From assembly GCA_026025075.1 (NCBI GenBank), contig JAPEUI010000010.1, positions 1 through 64,000 of the forward strand: DNA of 64,000 nt, given 5' to 3'. The notes beneath the pieces are model-generated. The model did no database searches and was not told the origin of the DNA. It saw nothing but the letters and a program-made list of their open reading frames with translations. The translations under genes were made by a program, and so were the position numbers. Shown here in pieces: positions 48,243 to 60,635 of this stretch (position 1 is the first letter of the stretch; every line of letters starts with the position of its first letter). The stretch is from Vezdaea acicularis. Taxonomy: Eukaryota.

Positions 48243-49657
48243 ATGTCGGGCTCGGCGCTCTACGGCCAGCCGCCGAACACTGAGGAGGACTTATGGATCG
48301 TGAAGGGCCTCTTGAGGACGGCGGGGCTTGATACCGACCCAAGGCTGGGAGTACCAGTAGACCCGCCGCGGCCTGCTAATTATCATTTTCAGACCCGGGG
48401 CCCCCAACTGGTCATCTCAATGTCTTGCATGATTTCTCTGGTGATTCTCATCACCGGAATCCGGCTTGCGTTGAGAAAGTTCGTTGCTCCCTTGAGGTTT
48501 GGCTTGGATGACTGGATGATCATCCCGGCTGCAGTATGTTTGACTCAGTCGGAGCTCCGTTTTACTTGTTGCTAACAGTCGATAAGCTTACGACTATCTT
48601 ATGGCTTGCGTTCATTATCGCTATCAAATATGTTGGTGGAGGGGGGAAGCACCAATATGACTGCACATATCACGAAATATACTGGTTCCACCGAGTAAGC
48701 TCAGACGCTCCTACGCTTGGTGTTATGAGAATACATGACTAGATGGGCTAATTGATCGGCCGTTCAAGTTCACTGCCATATGCACCCTCGAATACTTCTA
48801 CGCCACCACACTCACGAAGATCTCGATTGTGCTCTTCAACCGACGTTTGACGGGACTGACGTCGAAACGATGGATAAAGGTACACTGGACCTTCATCTTC
48901 CTTCTTGTTGCCTTCTTGATATCCTGCACGGTGTCCGCCATAACCATGACATCGCCAATACAAGCTCAATACAGCCTTATTTACCTTGGGAAGATGACCG
49001 AACCGCCGAGGCAACGCACCAATGAAGTGAAAGTAGTGATAGGCATGAGCGTTGTCAGCACGATCTTCGACTATGCCCTGCTCTCGGTGCCGATCATCGT
49101 ACTCTGGAAGATCAAGATGTCGCCCTGGAAGAAGATCGGACTGTTCTTCATCTTCTCTGTTGGTGGGCTCTCGTGCGTGTCGGCGGTTATGAGAATCATT
49201 ATTCAGACCCACTTTTGGGACGATGCACCCTGTATGTCTTCCCCCGAGGTCCGACCTCCTGAATCCTTACTGATCATCTTCTGCCAATCTAGACAATTTC
49301 ACCAACATGATCCTCTGGGCCGTCCTCGAGATGTTCTTCGGCATCATCGTCGCCTCGCTCCCAACCTTCAACTCCCTCTTCATCATCCTCTGCGGCCAGC
49401 GCCGAAAAGCCACCGAGAGCGCCGTGACCACCATCTCCGAACTTCCCAATGGCCACAGCCCCTCGGAAAAGAGCCGCAACTCCCTCGTCGAAGACGGCAT
49501 CTTCCGGAAAGACGAAGTCGAGCTCGAGTTCCGCAGCCGCTTGGACTCGGACGACAGACGCTGTAGGGATAACCGCACCCCCTGGGCCATCCTCAAGGGC
49601 GATCCTTCGAAATCCAGTCATCGCGTCAAGGTCTCCTCGTCCCACAAAGCCCCTTAG
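48243..49657 (+). CDS. Pth11-like fungal rhodopsin-domain integral membrane protein without CFEM, 4 exons (introns 48534-48586, 48695-48768, 49232-49292)
   Basis: RLALR...FGLDDWMII, GGGKH, TKISIVLFNRRL, DYALLSVPI..LWKIKM...KKIGL..IFSVG and LWAVLEMFFGIIVASLP. Confidence 0.88.
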
Positions 49658-52179
49658 CTTTCCGCTTAGAACGATGTCCCAATCGACTCTTGCGAACACA
49701 TTTTCATGAGACCGAAACATAAAAGCGGGCGCAGGCGGACCTTCTTTTGTTGTGCTTCATCTACGGCCTCTTTTTTTCTTTCTTCTTTCTCGCGCCTTAG
49801 CGTGTTTGCACACCAATTTTTTTTGGTCGTGGGGTGGTAGCGGGAGTTACTCTTCTCGCGGTTTAGCGTTGCATGTATATGCGTCTGTGTGCCTGTGCTT
49901 GAGTTTTGAGGCGTGTATCAGTTCGGATTGCTGGACACACATCACGGTGGTGCAGCCCTCTTTTATTTTTCGAGTGGTTAAAAGCTGTGAAGTTTTCGGG
50001 GCGTTTCCCGCGACCGTGCGAGTCATGATGATTGGCGATTGTCGGTGGGCAAAGCATTTGCAATAGTTTCTCAATACGGAACTTCTTACATTTTGCGGAG
50101 GAGTCGATGAGCTTTTGGGAAACAGCACAGATGGATGATTACGATGGATGGATGGATGGAAGGAATGGGTAGTTCGATCGAGCATTTTCGAGAATTTGGA
50201 TCAGTCAAGAGGGCCGCCGCTATCGAGGCTGCTGCTGATGTTCGGATTTAATTTGTTCACTTTGTGGTGATTTCTTTGCGTGACTTACGTATCGCTTGAG
50301 GGACGACACCGTGATGTGTTCCCCTTACCATCTCAACTTACCCTAGAAGCCCCACGTGTATACCAACCCGACGGAACCGCGCCAATCTCTTAGCAGGCGC
50401 CCAGGAAAACCCTAGTCTGCACGTTTCGAAGCTCCATCATGCCCCCAAAACCAACTCCTCAATTCATACTTCCCTCCCAAGCCCCACGCAGCTCAGACAC
50501 ACGGCCTGAAGAGAAAAAGCCCGCTTTAGAGAGGCGTAGGGAGGTTTCGTTATACGAGAAACCCTTCTCGTATGCCACGTTGTTTGTTCGTGACGGGCTC
50601 GGTATCTTGGTGTGTGGATGATATAACGGTGGGGTTAACCGCTTTTTGGAGGGTCTGGGGATAGGAGAAGTGGGGACTGGCTGCGGGAAGTGTTACTGCA
50701 TCGTTGTGTGCATCTTGGTTTCTTGAGATGGCGGCTTATAGTTTGAAGTGATGGAGCGGCGAAGAATTGAGGGGGGGGGGGGAAATAGGCGCCTCTGATC
50801 ACCGTTTTCTCCCTTTACGTGAATCCTCTTTGACCCTTCTTCGAGGGAGGGATCTGGCTCTATTGATAATAGAGGCAATACTTCTAGGCAGAAATCTAAC
50901 TTGGACTTCTCCTCGTACTTTCCCGAGAAGCACCTTCTTCCTACTTTTCGCCCCTTGCGACGGGTGTGGATTGCTACTTACCTGAAGTCTTGCCGAGTCA
51001 GCTTGCCTAGATGGGACCGATCTGAACTACTCGCGGTTCCTCGGGAGTTTTACTCCTTTGCGTCGAGAATGCGGAGGTCGACGTCCAAGTCGTGAAATGT
51101 TACGGAGAGAATATCACCACGTACAAGGGGAGATCGCCCGTTTGACGAATTTTCTCGGGTGTAACGGGAGGACGGTCCCGTAACAAAAGAGTTAGAAAGT
51201 TTTATGAATACCTCAGCTTCTTCCCGCTCCTGAAAGAGCCTCTTCGCGGCAGGCAATGGCAGACTCCAGGATTTCAAATCCTTTTGAAAGAGCATGGGCT
51301 GCGAATTTTCTTCTCTCGCTGCTCCTACCCGCGTTTTCAAGCTCCTTCGACACCAATCTCGTGCTTCTTTGCGTCTTCCTTACCCCTTTTCAGGTATTCG
51401 CTCTCCTAATCTTAGCTTTGCGGCTAATATACGGTGCTTGATCGAGGTTGAGATTTTCTACCTCAGGGCGGTCCGAGCGCCTTTTTGCCCGAATTAAAGG
51501 ATGTGGCGTCTCGGTTGAAGGTTGAGCTCCTTTCCTATGTTAACGCGCGCCTTGTTATATGAGAGCTAAATGATACAACAACTGGCTGGGCGTATGGCGA
51601 GAAGTTACCGATACGATAGAATAATTCGTGAAGCTCTGGTTGTTGTCTGTGAATCATCCTCTTGCATTATTCTAAACCAACCCGTGCGTTGACGCATATC
51701 TACAACAAATCAGTTGCTGAAGAAACGGTGTTTTGATGCTCAATATTGGTCCCGGTACGAAGAGGAATAGGGATTTCATCCTAAAGTATCGCGGCAAGCG
51801 GCACCATGCTACGTCAGGTCTATCCATGAGAGACTCAAGCGCTCGCTGTACCCGCGCCATTTTTAGACATATAAAAGAGCGCGGAAACATCAAGCGTTCC
51901 GCGTGCAGAGCTTTTTCCATACAATGGAAGTGTTGGCGGGCGATACGACCTGGAGAACGAGTGAGGGAGGTCGTGACTGATTGTGATGTCGCAAGCCGTG
52001 GATTTTGAGGCTTGCAGAGGAATGAGGTATTTCGACTGCAGGTGGCGATTAGCAGGCAATGGCGGCCTTAAAAAGGATGATTGCTAGATTCAATGAGATA
52101 TCTCTGAGGTGCTGCCATAGCTACTTAGGTATGGGGTGTTCTTAAGCATCGCTTATTTGCATCAGAGCATCTCTGCAAG

Positions 52180-52925
52180 ATGAAGCTTCTCATTCTTCTT
52201 TTTGTCCTTGCAGCCGCGGCGGTACCCGCACCGGCAGAATACACACCAGTGAGTGAGATGTTCTTCTTCATGTAATATTGAATAGATCAGCTAGTAGCTC
52301 AAAGATTTGTGCACAGTACGAAATCGAATGCGAGAACCATCCCCAATCAGTATTACCACATATGGAGTACTGGATGATCCAAGATCGAATACGAGCACTG
52401 GGGCTTCGATGCTCAGAAGAGGGCCGATTGCTGTTGCCCCCCGACTTGCTTCAGCAACTCACGGTAGAGTCTGTCTTAGGATCATTACACCTGTTATGTC
52501 GGTGCGTGGTACGGGCTTTGTATGACGTACAGAAGGGCAAACTGGAGGATGGCGCCGTGAGCTGGATTTTGCATAATATCGTGCAGAAATTGCCAGATAC
52601 TGGGAAGCAAAGCTCAGCGCAGGCAGAGCAGTGTGTAGACACTTTGCACCGCCAGAGCCCGTTGGAGCGCGAGTTTCTCACGGTCACAGAGTGTCGAAAT
52701 TGTGGCCAAGCTCAGCAGTGCGCTGACGCTTTGAGGCTACGACTCGGACAGAAGACTACAGTGTCAGGGGGATCGAATCAGGCGGGAGAATGCCCGAGTG
52801 GTCTGGATGATCGGAGGGACAGTCCTGCCATACATGAGGACAGACGTGGTTTGGTGAGAGCTCCAGGGGTGAGGAGTCAGGTACCATCGCAAACGGAGAT
52901 AGACTCCTTCAATCCAGGAGACTGA
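52180..52925 (+). CDS. Putative secreted Cys-containing orphan protein, 2 exons (acceptor ambiguous)
   Basis: Exon 1 MKLLILLFVLAAAAVPAPAEYTP (signal peptide-like) ends at GTGAGT at 52249 and can join ORF 52278-52925, which has about 10 Cys. Confidence 0.55.
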
Positions 52926-53403
52926 TACGTCTAGTGGCGTGTATTCCGTTACGGTATACTAGAATGAGCTAGTGTTACATGCTCCCCAAAGAAATGTATG
53001 ACTTAGCAATACCATCTCACCCAACTGAACGGCACTTACGTACAATCTTTGTACGCAAGCATAGAAAGGCTTGACGACGTGCCAAGGTGAAGGAGGCCAC
53101 ACTTAATGACGGTGTATTCGTGGGCTCGAGCAGAACATTTGCACTCTAGGGAGCGCCGGTCAGAAGTATACGCGTGGAAGTTTAATTAGGAATCCCGTGA
53201 ACCGTGTAGAGAGTGCATCTTGATACTTCTTACAGGGATCGAGATGCCCGTAAAAGTGATATTAGATCGTGAGTTTGGGGAAATGTCACATGATTGGAAA
53301 AGAAGGTCTAAGCTAGAAGTAATCAGTGACATAGAGGAGGCTCTCTAGCCTGTCAACAACTTATTTTAAAACTTGGTAGTAATAAGAGTGGCACAGGCCA
53401 CGA

Positions 53404-54170
53404 TCAACCGAGCACCTTATCAGCAGCAGACACTAAGATGATTCAATAAGTTATCGAAGACGAGGCTTAGAGGAGGAGTTCCAAGACTGACCATTGACAC
53501 CAGTGTTATCAGGTTCGACATAAACCCCCTTGACCTTTCCATCCTCCACGGTCAAAGCATACCTCTTACTTCGAGGCCCACCAAAGATAGCAGCAGCGTC
53601 AAACGTGAGTTCCAGAGCTTCTGTGAACTTTGCAGTGGGATCTCCTAGGTATCTGATCTATAAACCTAGAATCAATGGCCTGTTTCAATCTATCATAGGA
53701 TGCAGACTAAGGAACGGAGGAAGAGTACCGTCTGAGAGCCAGGCTCAAGAGACTTGCCCCACGCTTTCATCCTGGTCAATGTGTTAATACTTCCATCAGC
53801 ACAAGTCACCGAGTTGGCCTACACAAACGGATCATTTACAGAGACGACATAGACGTTGCCGGCATCCTTAAGCTCCTTGTGATTAATGTAGCCAGGGATG
53901 TGGGAATCCGAGCAGCTTGGACCTGGAAATTGTGAGTTTCTTAAATGTCATTGGTTTTGATGAAACCATACTGAAGGCAGCGGGCACGCCAATGATAAGA
54001 CCTTTTCCCTTGAGCTCCTTCGCGAGATTGACTTTATTTCCTGGAGAGTTCTCGACGAGGACGTCCAGGTCCGGAACACGGTCACCAACCTTCACCATGA
54101 TTGCAGCTGTGGAATGAAAGAACGATTTTTGTGAAAGAGTCCTTGTTCTGGCTCTCCGAAGTGCAAACAT
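53404..54170 (-). CDS. Prx5-type peroxiredoxin (Ahp1/Pmp20 family) with mitochondrial presequence, 5 exons
   Basis: GVPAAFSPSCSDSHIPGY (peroxidatic Cys), VSVNDPFVMKAWG, RSKRYAL.VEDGKV and EPDNTGVNVSAADKVLG. Confidence 0.92.
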
Positions 54171-57100
54171 CTTGGGCTAATTTAAACGGTGGTCAACACT
54201 GACGATAGTGAAGGGAAAGCACCATGGGACTTGTTGCTGCTCTACATTGACGCGATTGGTGGCACGCTCCTGAGGATCGATGACATCACAAAAGCCGCAA
54301 GCACCCACACCTAGACTTTTGGAACACCATCAGCCAAATGTATATTCGATTTTCCTCGCAGCACAGCTTCAAAAAGACAGAATTTGAGAAGAACTCGTTT
54401 CCCAATTCTCAAAGCTTCAGCATTCAGAGGTGTAGGGCCTTGATTGGTTAGGCGAGAGACAGCCACCAGTGCCACCCACACCACCCAAAGTAGGAAAGAA
54501 AAACCACGCGTTCCTTTGAACCTCATTCAGGACGCAGCGACCTTCCACATGCTTTCTCCCAGGAAAGCACAACCTAGAATCGAGCAGACTCAGGCCTGAA
54601 TATGAAGAACTTGATCCTGCCAAGATTAAGTACTTACTAGAAGTATATGATTTTGAAAGCACGTCGTGCTTGTCCGAGGGGACATATCGCACTCTCACGC
54701 ATTTGACTGCTCAACCCATTCTTTTGGGAAGCGTTCGTCTTCATGAACAGACTTTGGCTTATTCCTATCGATGAGCGTAACGATGGTAATCAGGTTACAT
54801 TCTAAGAGCTTACAGCCAACCTTGCATCGAGTAAAGTACAGTCTTAAGGGCGAGCAGGCATATGTTGAATGACTTGTTCTCGTTCACTGCGGAATCACGT
54901 AAGATTAACTTCAATTTCATTGAGAAATTAATCACTTAGCCACACGAAATTTTTTTCATCGGACTTTGAAACAGATAATACTCTTAGAAGCTTTGGCAGC
55001 TATAAGGTGTGTTTTATAGCAATGATAGCCAATCGTTGTTTAAGTCATTATTATCGAAGTCTTGGGAGCCGCGCCGTTTAACGAGTGAGCAGCGGCGAGC
55101 AACTTTTACTAGGCGACAGCAACGCTAGGACGACTACCCGATTCCGAAAACTGATGGCCGCCCGAGGAGATCGTAGCATCAATTCCGTCGTCCAAGCTGC
55201 CGAAGCTACGGCCGTTGAGGGCCGAAGCGAAGCGTCGCTTCTCCCCGCCCCCAAAGGTGCACAATTTAACTCCATCAGCTGCGATGCCGATTTGATGGCT
55301 TGACAGGGTGGGAGGACGGCGTCCGACAAGCCATGGGCGGGTGGCAGACGGTGGCCGACGTCGTGCCATTTTCGTTGATTTTCCTGTCGATCCGCGACTA
55401 CTTTGAGCGCCATGGGGGTTTGCCGCAAACGCGATGCAACTATTACTCGTGTCGATCGAAGCCCAATCAGGCCGATCGACCGCTTGAGCACCTTGTTCGT
55501 TGCACTATTCCGCTTTCAACAAGGGAGGTCGAGGGCCGCCCGCTACATTTTGGGCATCCGCACGGACGATCCAATATTTGTCAGGCCAGGAAGTCGAGCA
55601 TGGAGGGTGGTCCCGGGGTAAAGTCCTCTGCTCCTTGCTGTCAACCAGATATGGCGGTCGGCATCCCGCGCGATTCCTCCGATTAACCATCACCACCTTA
55701 GCGGGATAGTGGTGAGGCCGATGATTGGTGCAGCACTTCACTGCGATCACTGACACGCGCAGCCATAGAGGGCGCCGCCTCAATTGATAACGGGGCAGTC
55801 TCCGACAGTCAGAACTTGCGTCGAGGCCTGATGATTAACGAAGCAGCTATCTTGGGGGTCTGTATCGGACCTGTCCTAGCGCTGATCAAGCAAGCAGTCG
55901 GTTGTTCTGCAATGCCAATCGAGCCCTGTGCACTGTGCCCTGCATCCTGCATCCTTTGGTCTATATCCTACAGATTAGGATGAGGAGTTGACTTTCGTGA
56001 GTCGGGAAAATGTCGAGGGGAGAAAATCGAAAATCAAAGCAAGCGAGGGCTCATTGGCGAGCTTGATGGCAGATCGGGACGACTCAATGATCAGGAAGGC
56101 AACATGTCAGGGACAAGAGCAGGGTTACGGCGCATCCTCATCTCACCCTATTTTTCCTCTTGTTGAACCTGGAATTCTCGCCGTCCAGGATGCGGAGCTG
56201 GGCGATCATCAGCATGAGGAGCGGATGATTCGCGCCATGGATCGACGGTGGGCGGATGTGAACGACCGAGGCAACGGCCACCTCCAATGATCTTTCGGCG
56301 CGTCTTCATCGTTGACGTTTTAGCCATGCATTTCCAGCGTAACACCATATATGGAAGGATTCTATTCTCCGACGAAGAGATCTTTGGAACGTGCGACGGT
56401 CGAGAGGTCAATCCTGCTCCTTGCGCGCCATCAACACCACGGGTTACATCGGACAGGCCTGCAGCAACGTGCCGATTGGGAGGCTTTTATGATCGACGTT
56501 TACGGTGATCCGCCTTCCGGGGTCTGATGCGCCTCCAAGCGGCTCATCCAGCAACGGCGACCTCTCTCCTCGTCAAGACGTAACCATGCGCGACACATCT
56601 AACGAGCCATGGACATCAGTATGAGGCCAATCACCGTGCTTTCGTCATGATCTCCGCTCACTATTTGTGTCCCAAGTCCCAAGTCGCTTTCCTCTGTTGA
56701 TGGGCAGGGGGACTTGCAGTGATGGTGAAATTGTCTTGACCCGTTTGGGCGACGCGGTAGGCCCCATCCGGCAAGGCGGGCGCTCTCGCATGCTCTCCAG
56801 GCCAGCCCCCGCCGACGAAACCCCGTCAGCGTGCGCTCCGCCCTGGCAAGAGGAAGCCCACCCACCGAGCGACCGGTGCTCCCACCTCTCTATCGACCAC
56901 TCGTAGCTCCCACCACCACGCCCGCCACGCCACCCGAAGGCTCTTCTGCATCAGCGACTGCTGCGCTCTCGCGAAACGGGGGACTTGCAACGCCTCACAC
57001 TTAACATCTCCGCCATTTTCGAGATCTCCGATGTGGTCACCATCATACTCTCCACTTTCTTAACACCGGGTCCATCCTCGACGCTACCTAAATAAAGGTA

Positions 57101-57369
57101 GTGGCTTCGTTCTTTCTTCTTACTAGAACTGCCGTTGGTGTCACAAGTGAGCGGAAGTGTCTGAGCGCATTGCTCGTCTCCGAAGACCTTCGGCAGGACG
57201 CAAGGACCTGTGCCAGACCAAGCTCGTCCAGTCCCCCTGCTCATCCCCACGCCAGTATTATCTGCCTCGTTGAATTGGCTGGATGCGCATCAATTGCAAC
57301 GGCCGCAAGTGCATAGATAGACCTATTGTACCCGACGGTATCGAGCGCAGACGTCGGCGGAGGTGATTG

Positions 57370-59617
57370 ATGATGGAAGGTCCAGCAGCGGCGGCTTCGG
57401 CCGCCAACAACTCCAGCGATTTTGTAAGGAAACCCCCCCAAAACACTCCGATTCCTTCTGGGATTCTTCGTTATTCTGTGTCGCAAGTTACTGACCGAGA
57501 GTAGGTTCGTAAGCTTTACAAGTAAGCCCACGACAAGATTCAAACCTGGGAACATCTCAGAAGGAATTGACTAACATTGAGTGCGATGCAAGAATGTTGG
57601 AAGACCCGACATACGAGCAGGTCGTGCGCTGGGGAGACGTAGGGGATAGTTTTGTAGTTCTGGAGGTCTGTTTGCTCTTTTCTGGACCGAATCGCTCTTC
57701 AGTGCCTGGTGGCTGATTTGAGGGACACTCTAGAATGAGAAATTCACAAAGTCGATCCTACCAAAGCATTTCAAACACAGCAACTTCGCCAGCTTCGTCC
57801 GACAGCTCAACAAATATGACTTCCATAAAGTACGGCATAATAACGAGGAGAACGGGCAATCGCCTTACGGTCCAGGCGTACGTCCCACTATCCGCATACA
57901 GCTGGAGCGGTTAACGCTAACGGTGCTTAGGCATGGGAGTTTAAGCATCCCGAATTCAAGATGAACAATAAGGACTCTCTCGACAATATTCGAAGAAAAG
58001 CGCCTGCCCCTCGAAAACCTAATCAGATCACCGAGGAATTGATCCCCACACAGCAAATGGATCTCGTTAACACGCAATTGGTGGCGACGACGCAGCAGCT
58101 TCAACAACTGCAGGATCGCTACCACGAACTAAGTGCGCATCATTCGATGCTTCTACAAGAGCTCATCGGGGTCCAAAAGACCGTCGTCAGCCACGAGCAG
58201 GTGATGCAGAATATGATGAGTTTTTTGAATTCCTTGGACGGGTACGTTCGTGATCAACGACGGAATAGTAAAACTGCCATGGTTTCAATGGAGCAGTCGA
58301 CTGCAGGAGCATCAACGGCTCCTACTACAGATTTCGCACAGTTTTCTCCAACTGACGATGCGCCTGCGTCGCCTCTGCAACACGCGTCAAAACTCCTCCA
58401 CGATGCTTCGACCGAGAACCTTCTAAATCACAAAAACCTCGAGAATATGAATGACTTCTACAAGGCACACACAGCAATCTCTACCCCGCCTCCAGACACA
58501 GTCTCCCGAATGAGCGGGGCCCAAGTCCACCGAGGCGCACCGCCTCTTTCTGCTGGCTCAAGCGGTTCGATGGGTCATGCAAAATTGAATAGTGAAGGGC
58601 AGGACATTGTCTATCCCCCGGGACATTCCAACGGAATCGATCCAATGTACTCCGAACATATTCATAATATTCCCTACCCTCTCCCTTCAGGAACCCTAGA
58701 TCCATCGGATCCACGGCAGCAGTATAGCGATGGTCGCAATAAGAGCTCGACCATCGATCCTGGTTGGATTCGTGCTCCCCAGATTCTCCTAGTTGAAGAT
58801 GATCCGACGTGTCGGCGGATAGGCAGCAAGTTCCTATATTCATTCAAGTGCCATATCGACAGTGCTGTAGGTCCTGAGAGCTCCGGCGTGGTTCTTTCCT
58901 TCTAACAGTGTTTCCAGTTCGATGGCCTTGAAGCTGTCAACAAAATGAATGCTGGATCAAAATATGATCTTGTACTCATGGACATCATCATGCCAAACTT
59001 GGATGGCGTCTCTGCATGCCACCTCATTCGACAATTTGATTCAACTCCTATCATTGCCATGACATCAAATATCCGAAGTGACGATATATCGATGTACTTC
59101 TCGCACGGTATGTCAGTCCTTCGTTGGGCAGTAGGGGTTTTGCTAATATCGTGCAGGCATGAATGACGTGTTACCCAAGCCCTTTACCAAGGAAGGGTTA
59201 CTGACTATGCTTGATAAACACCTTGGACATCTCAAAGAGACTAAAACCATGGGCGCTCAACCTATGGGCCAGACCAATCTCAGATCCGGTATCAAAGACG
59301 AAACGTCGCCCAGCAAGTCCGATAGCAGCACATGGCAGTCGCCCAGCCAGATGACAGGAGTCTCGGCAAGTCCACACAGTGCCTCTGATGAATACATGCA
59401 AGCGATGCGCGCACACGCATACCCCATGGAGACATCGGTACAGAATGATCACATGGCTTATCATTCTCCAACGGCGATGAGCGCACCAAGACCGCCGCAT
59501 CGACGGCAACTTTCCGACATTTCGGGGGGAGACGACATGGCCGGCGAAGCGGCGAAGCGGCAACGGACGTACGCTCCGCAGCCAAATCTGGCGCCAGTAG
59601 GTTATCCGAAGAGGTGA
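57370..59617 (+). CDS. SKN7: Stress response regulator Skn7/SrrA (HSF DNA-binding domain plus receiver domain), 7 exons
   Basis: [45 protein letters not shown], coiled coil, [21 protein letters not shown] and DVLPKPF. Confidence 0.96.
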
Positions 59618-60635
59618 CATTCTGGATCTTAACGGTCGTTTCTTATATTCTTAATACCCGCCGGCTAGATCGCTCTGCCTCTTATATCCCCCCATCCTCG
59701 TTATGCTCGTTCTTTTCCACCTATTACCCATCCTTACTATTCCTTGGAACTCGTCGTATTGGTATAGTGTGGCGATCTTGGACGATCTTGGACGATCATG
59801 GTAATATGATTTATTTGGGAGGCTTTGGCGCTTATGGGAGGGACCAGGGAGGAAGGACTTCTTTTTCAGATTCCCACCACATTTCGACCGGTCATACGGC
59901 GTCTGCATTCGCCCTTACGAGACCACGGCTCTTACCCCCGCAGTCGGTGGTGGTATATACATATGCGTAGGGTCGGTTTTGTTGTTAATCTCAAGGAGAA
60001 GGAGGAGAGGAACCTTGCGCTGCATCTTCTTGTCGTCCGTAGTGTAGTTCGCTACCGCACTTGGCTGCAAAAAAACCTTATGAAGACATCGTGAGCTCGC
60101 TCCAAACTCGTGATAATTTCAAATCCTTCATCGCTCTTTGTTCCAGCAAGAAAATGACCAGAAACATCGTCGAGAATCCTCGCTGCTTAAGCTGCAAAGG
60201 GAAGATAAAGAGGTGAGGTTGAAATAAGCAACACAGCCCCGAAGTGTTTTGCTGGGTGAAGGGTCTAGAACGGTCGACGCATGGGGGAGTGGACACGCCC
60301 GCTCGGTTCGCTGCCGATCCACGCCGCAAGCCACAAAACTCGCCTATTAAATCTTCCGTCCGTCCGTGTGTCTGTATGTTTGGGTGTGGATGGGTCCTTT
60401 GGTATTCTTCTGCGCTTTGCGCTAATCGCTGTTTTACAAGTACAAAGCGCCCCTCCTAAAGGACAGCGGGGCTTTTTTGAAACAGGTGGTTCACAGCTGA
60501 TGACGACACTCCTCAACTTATGCTCCGTGGCTCGATTGGTCGATCCCGAAACGGCTCCACTGACTGGTTGCCCTGCTGGCTGAATGGGAGAGCCCGGTAG
60601 CTTAGAGCAGACTTCACCAGCCACTCCCAGCAACC

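Noticed and set aside
53350..53500. Cryptic peroxisomal targeting of the peroxiredoxin by readthrough or intron retention
   Set aside because: The stop context is TGA TCG, not TGA CTA; readthrough ends KISC and retention ends PRLR, neither a PTS1.
55078..57250. Short ORFs upstream of SKN7
   Set aside because: No coding signature; treated as promoter or leader sequence.
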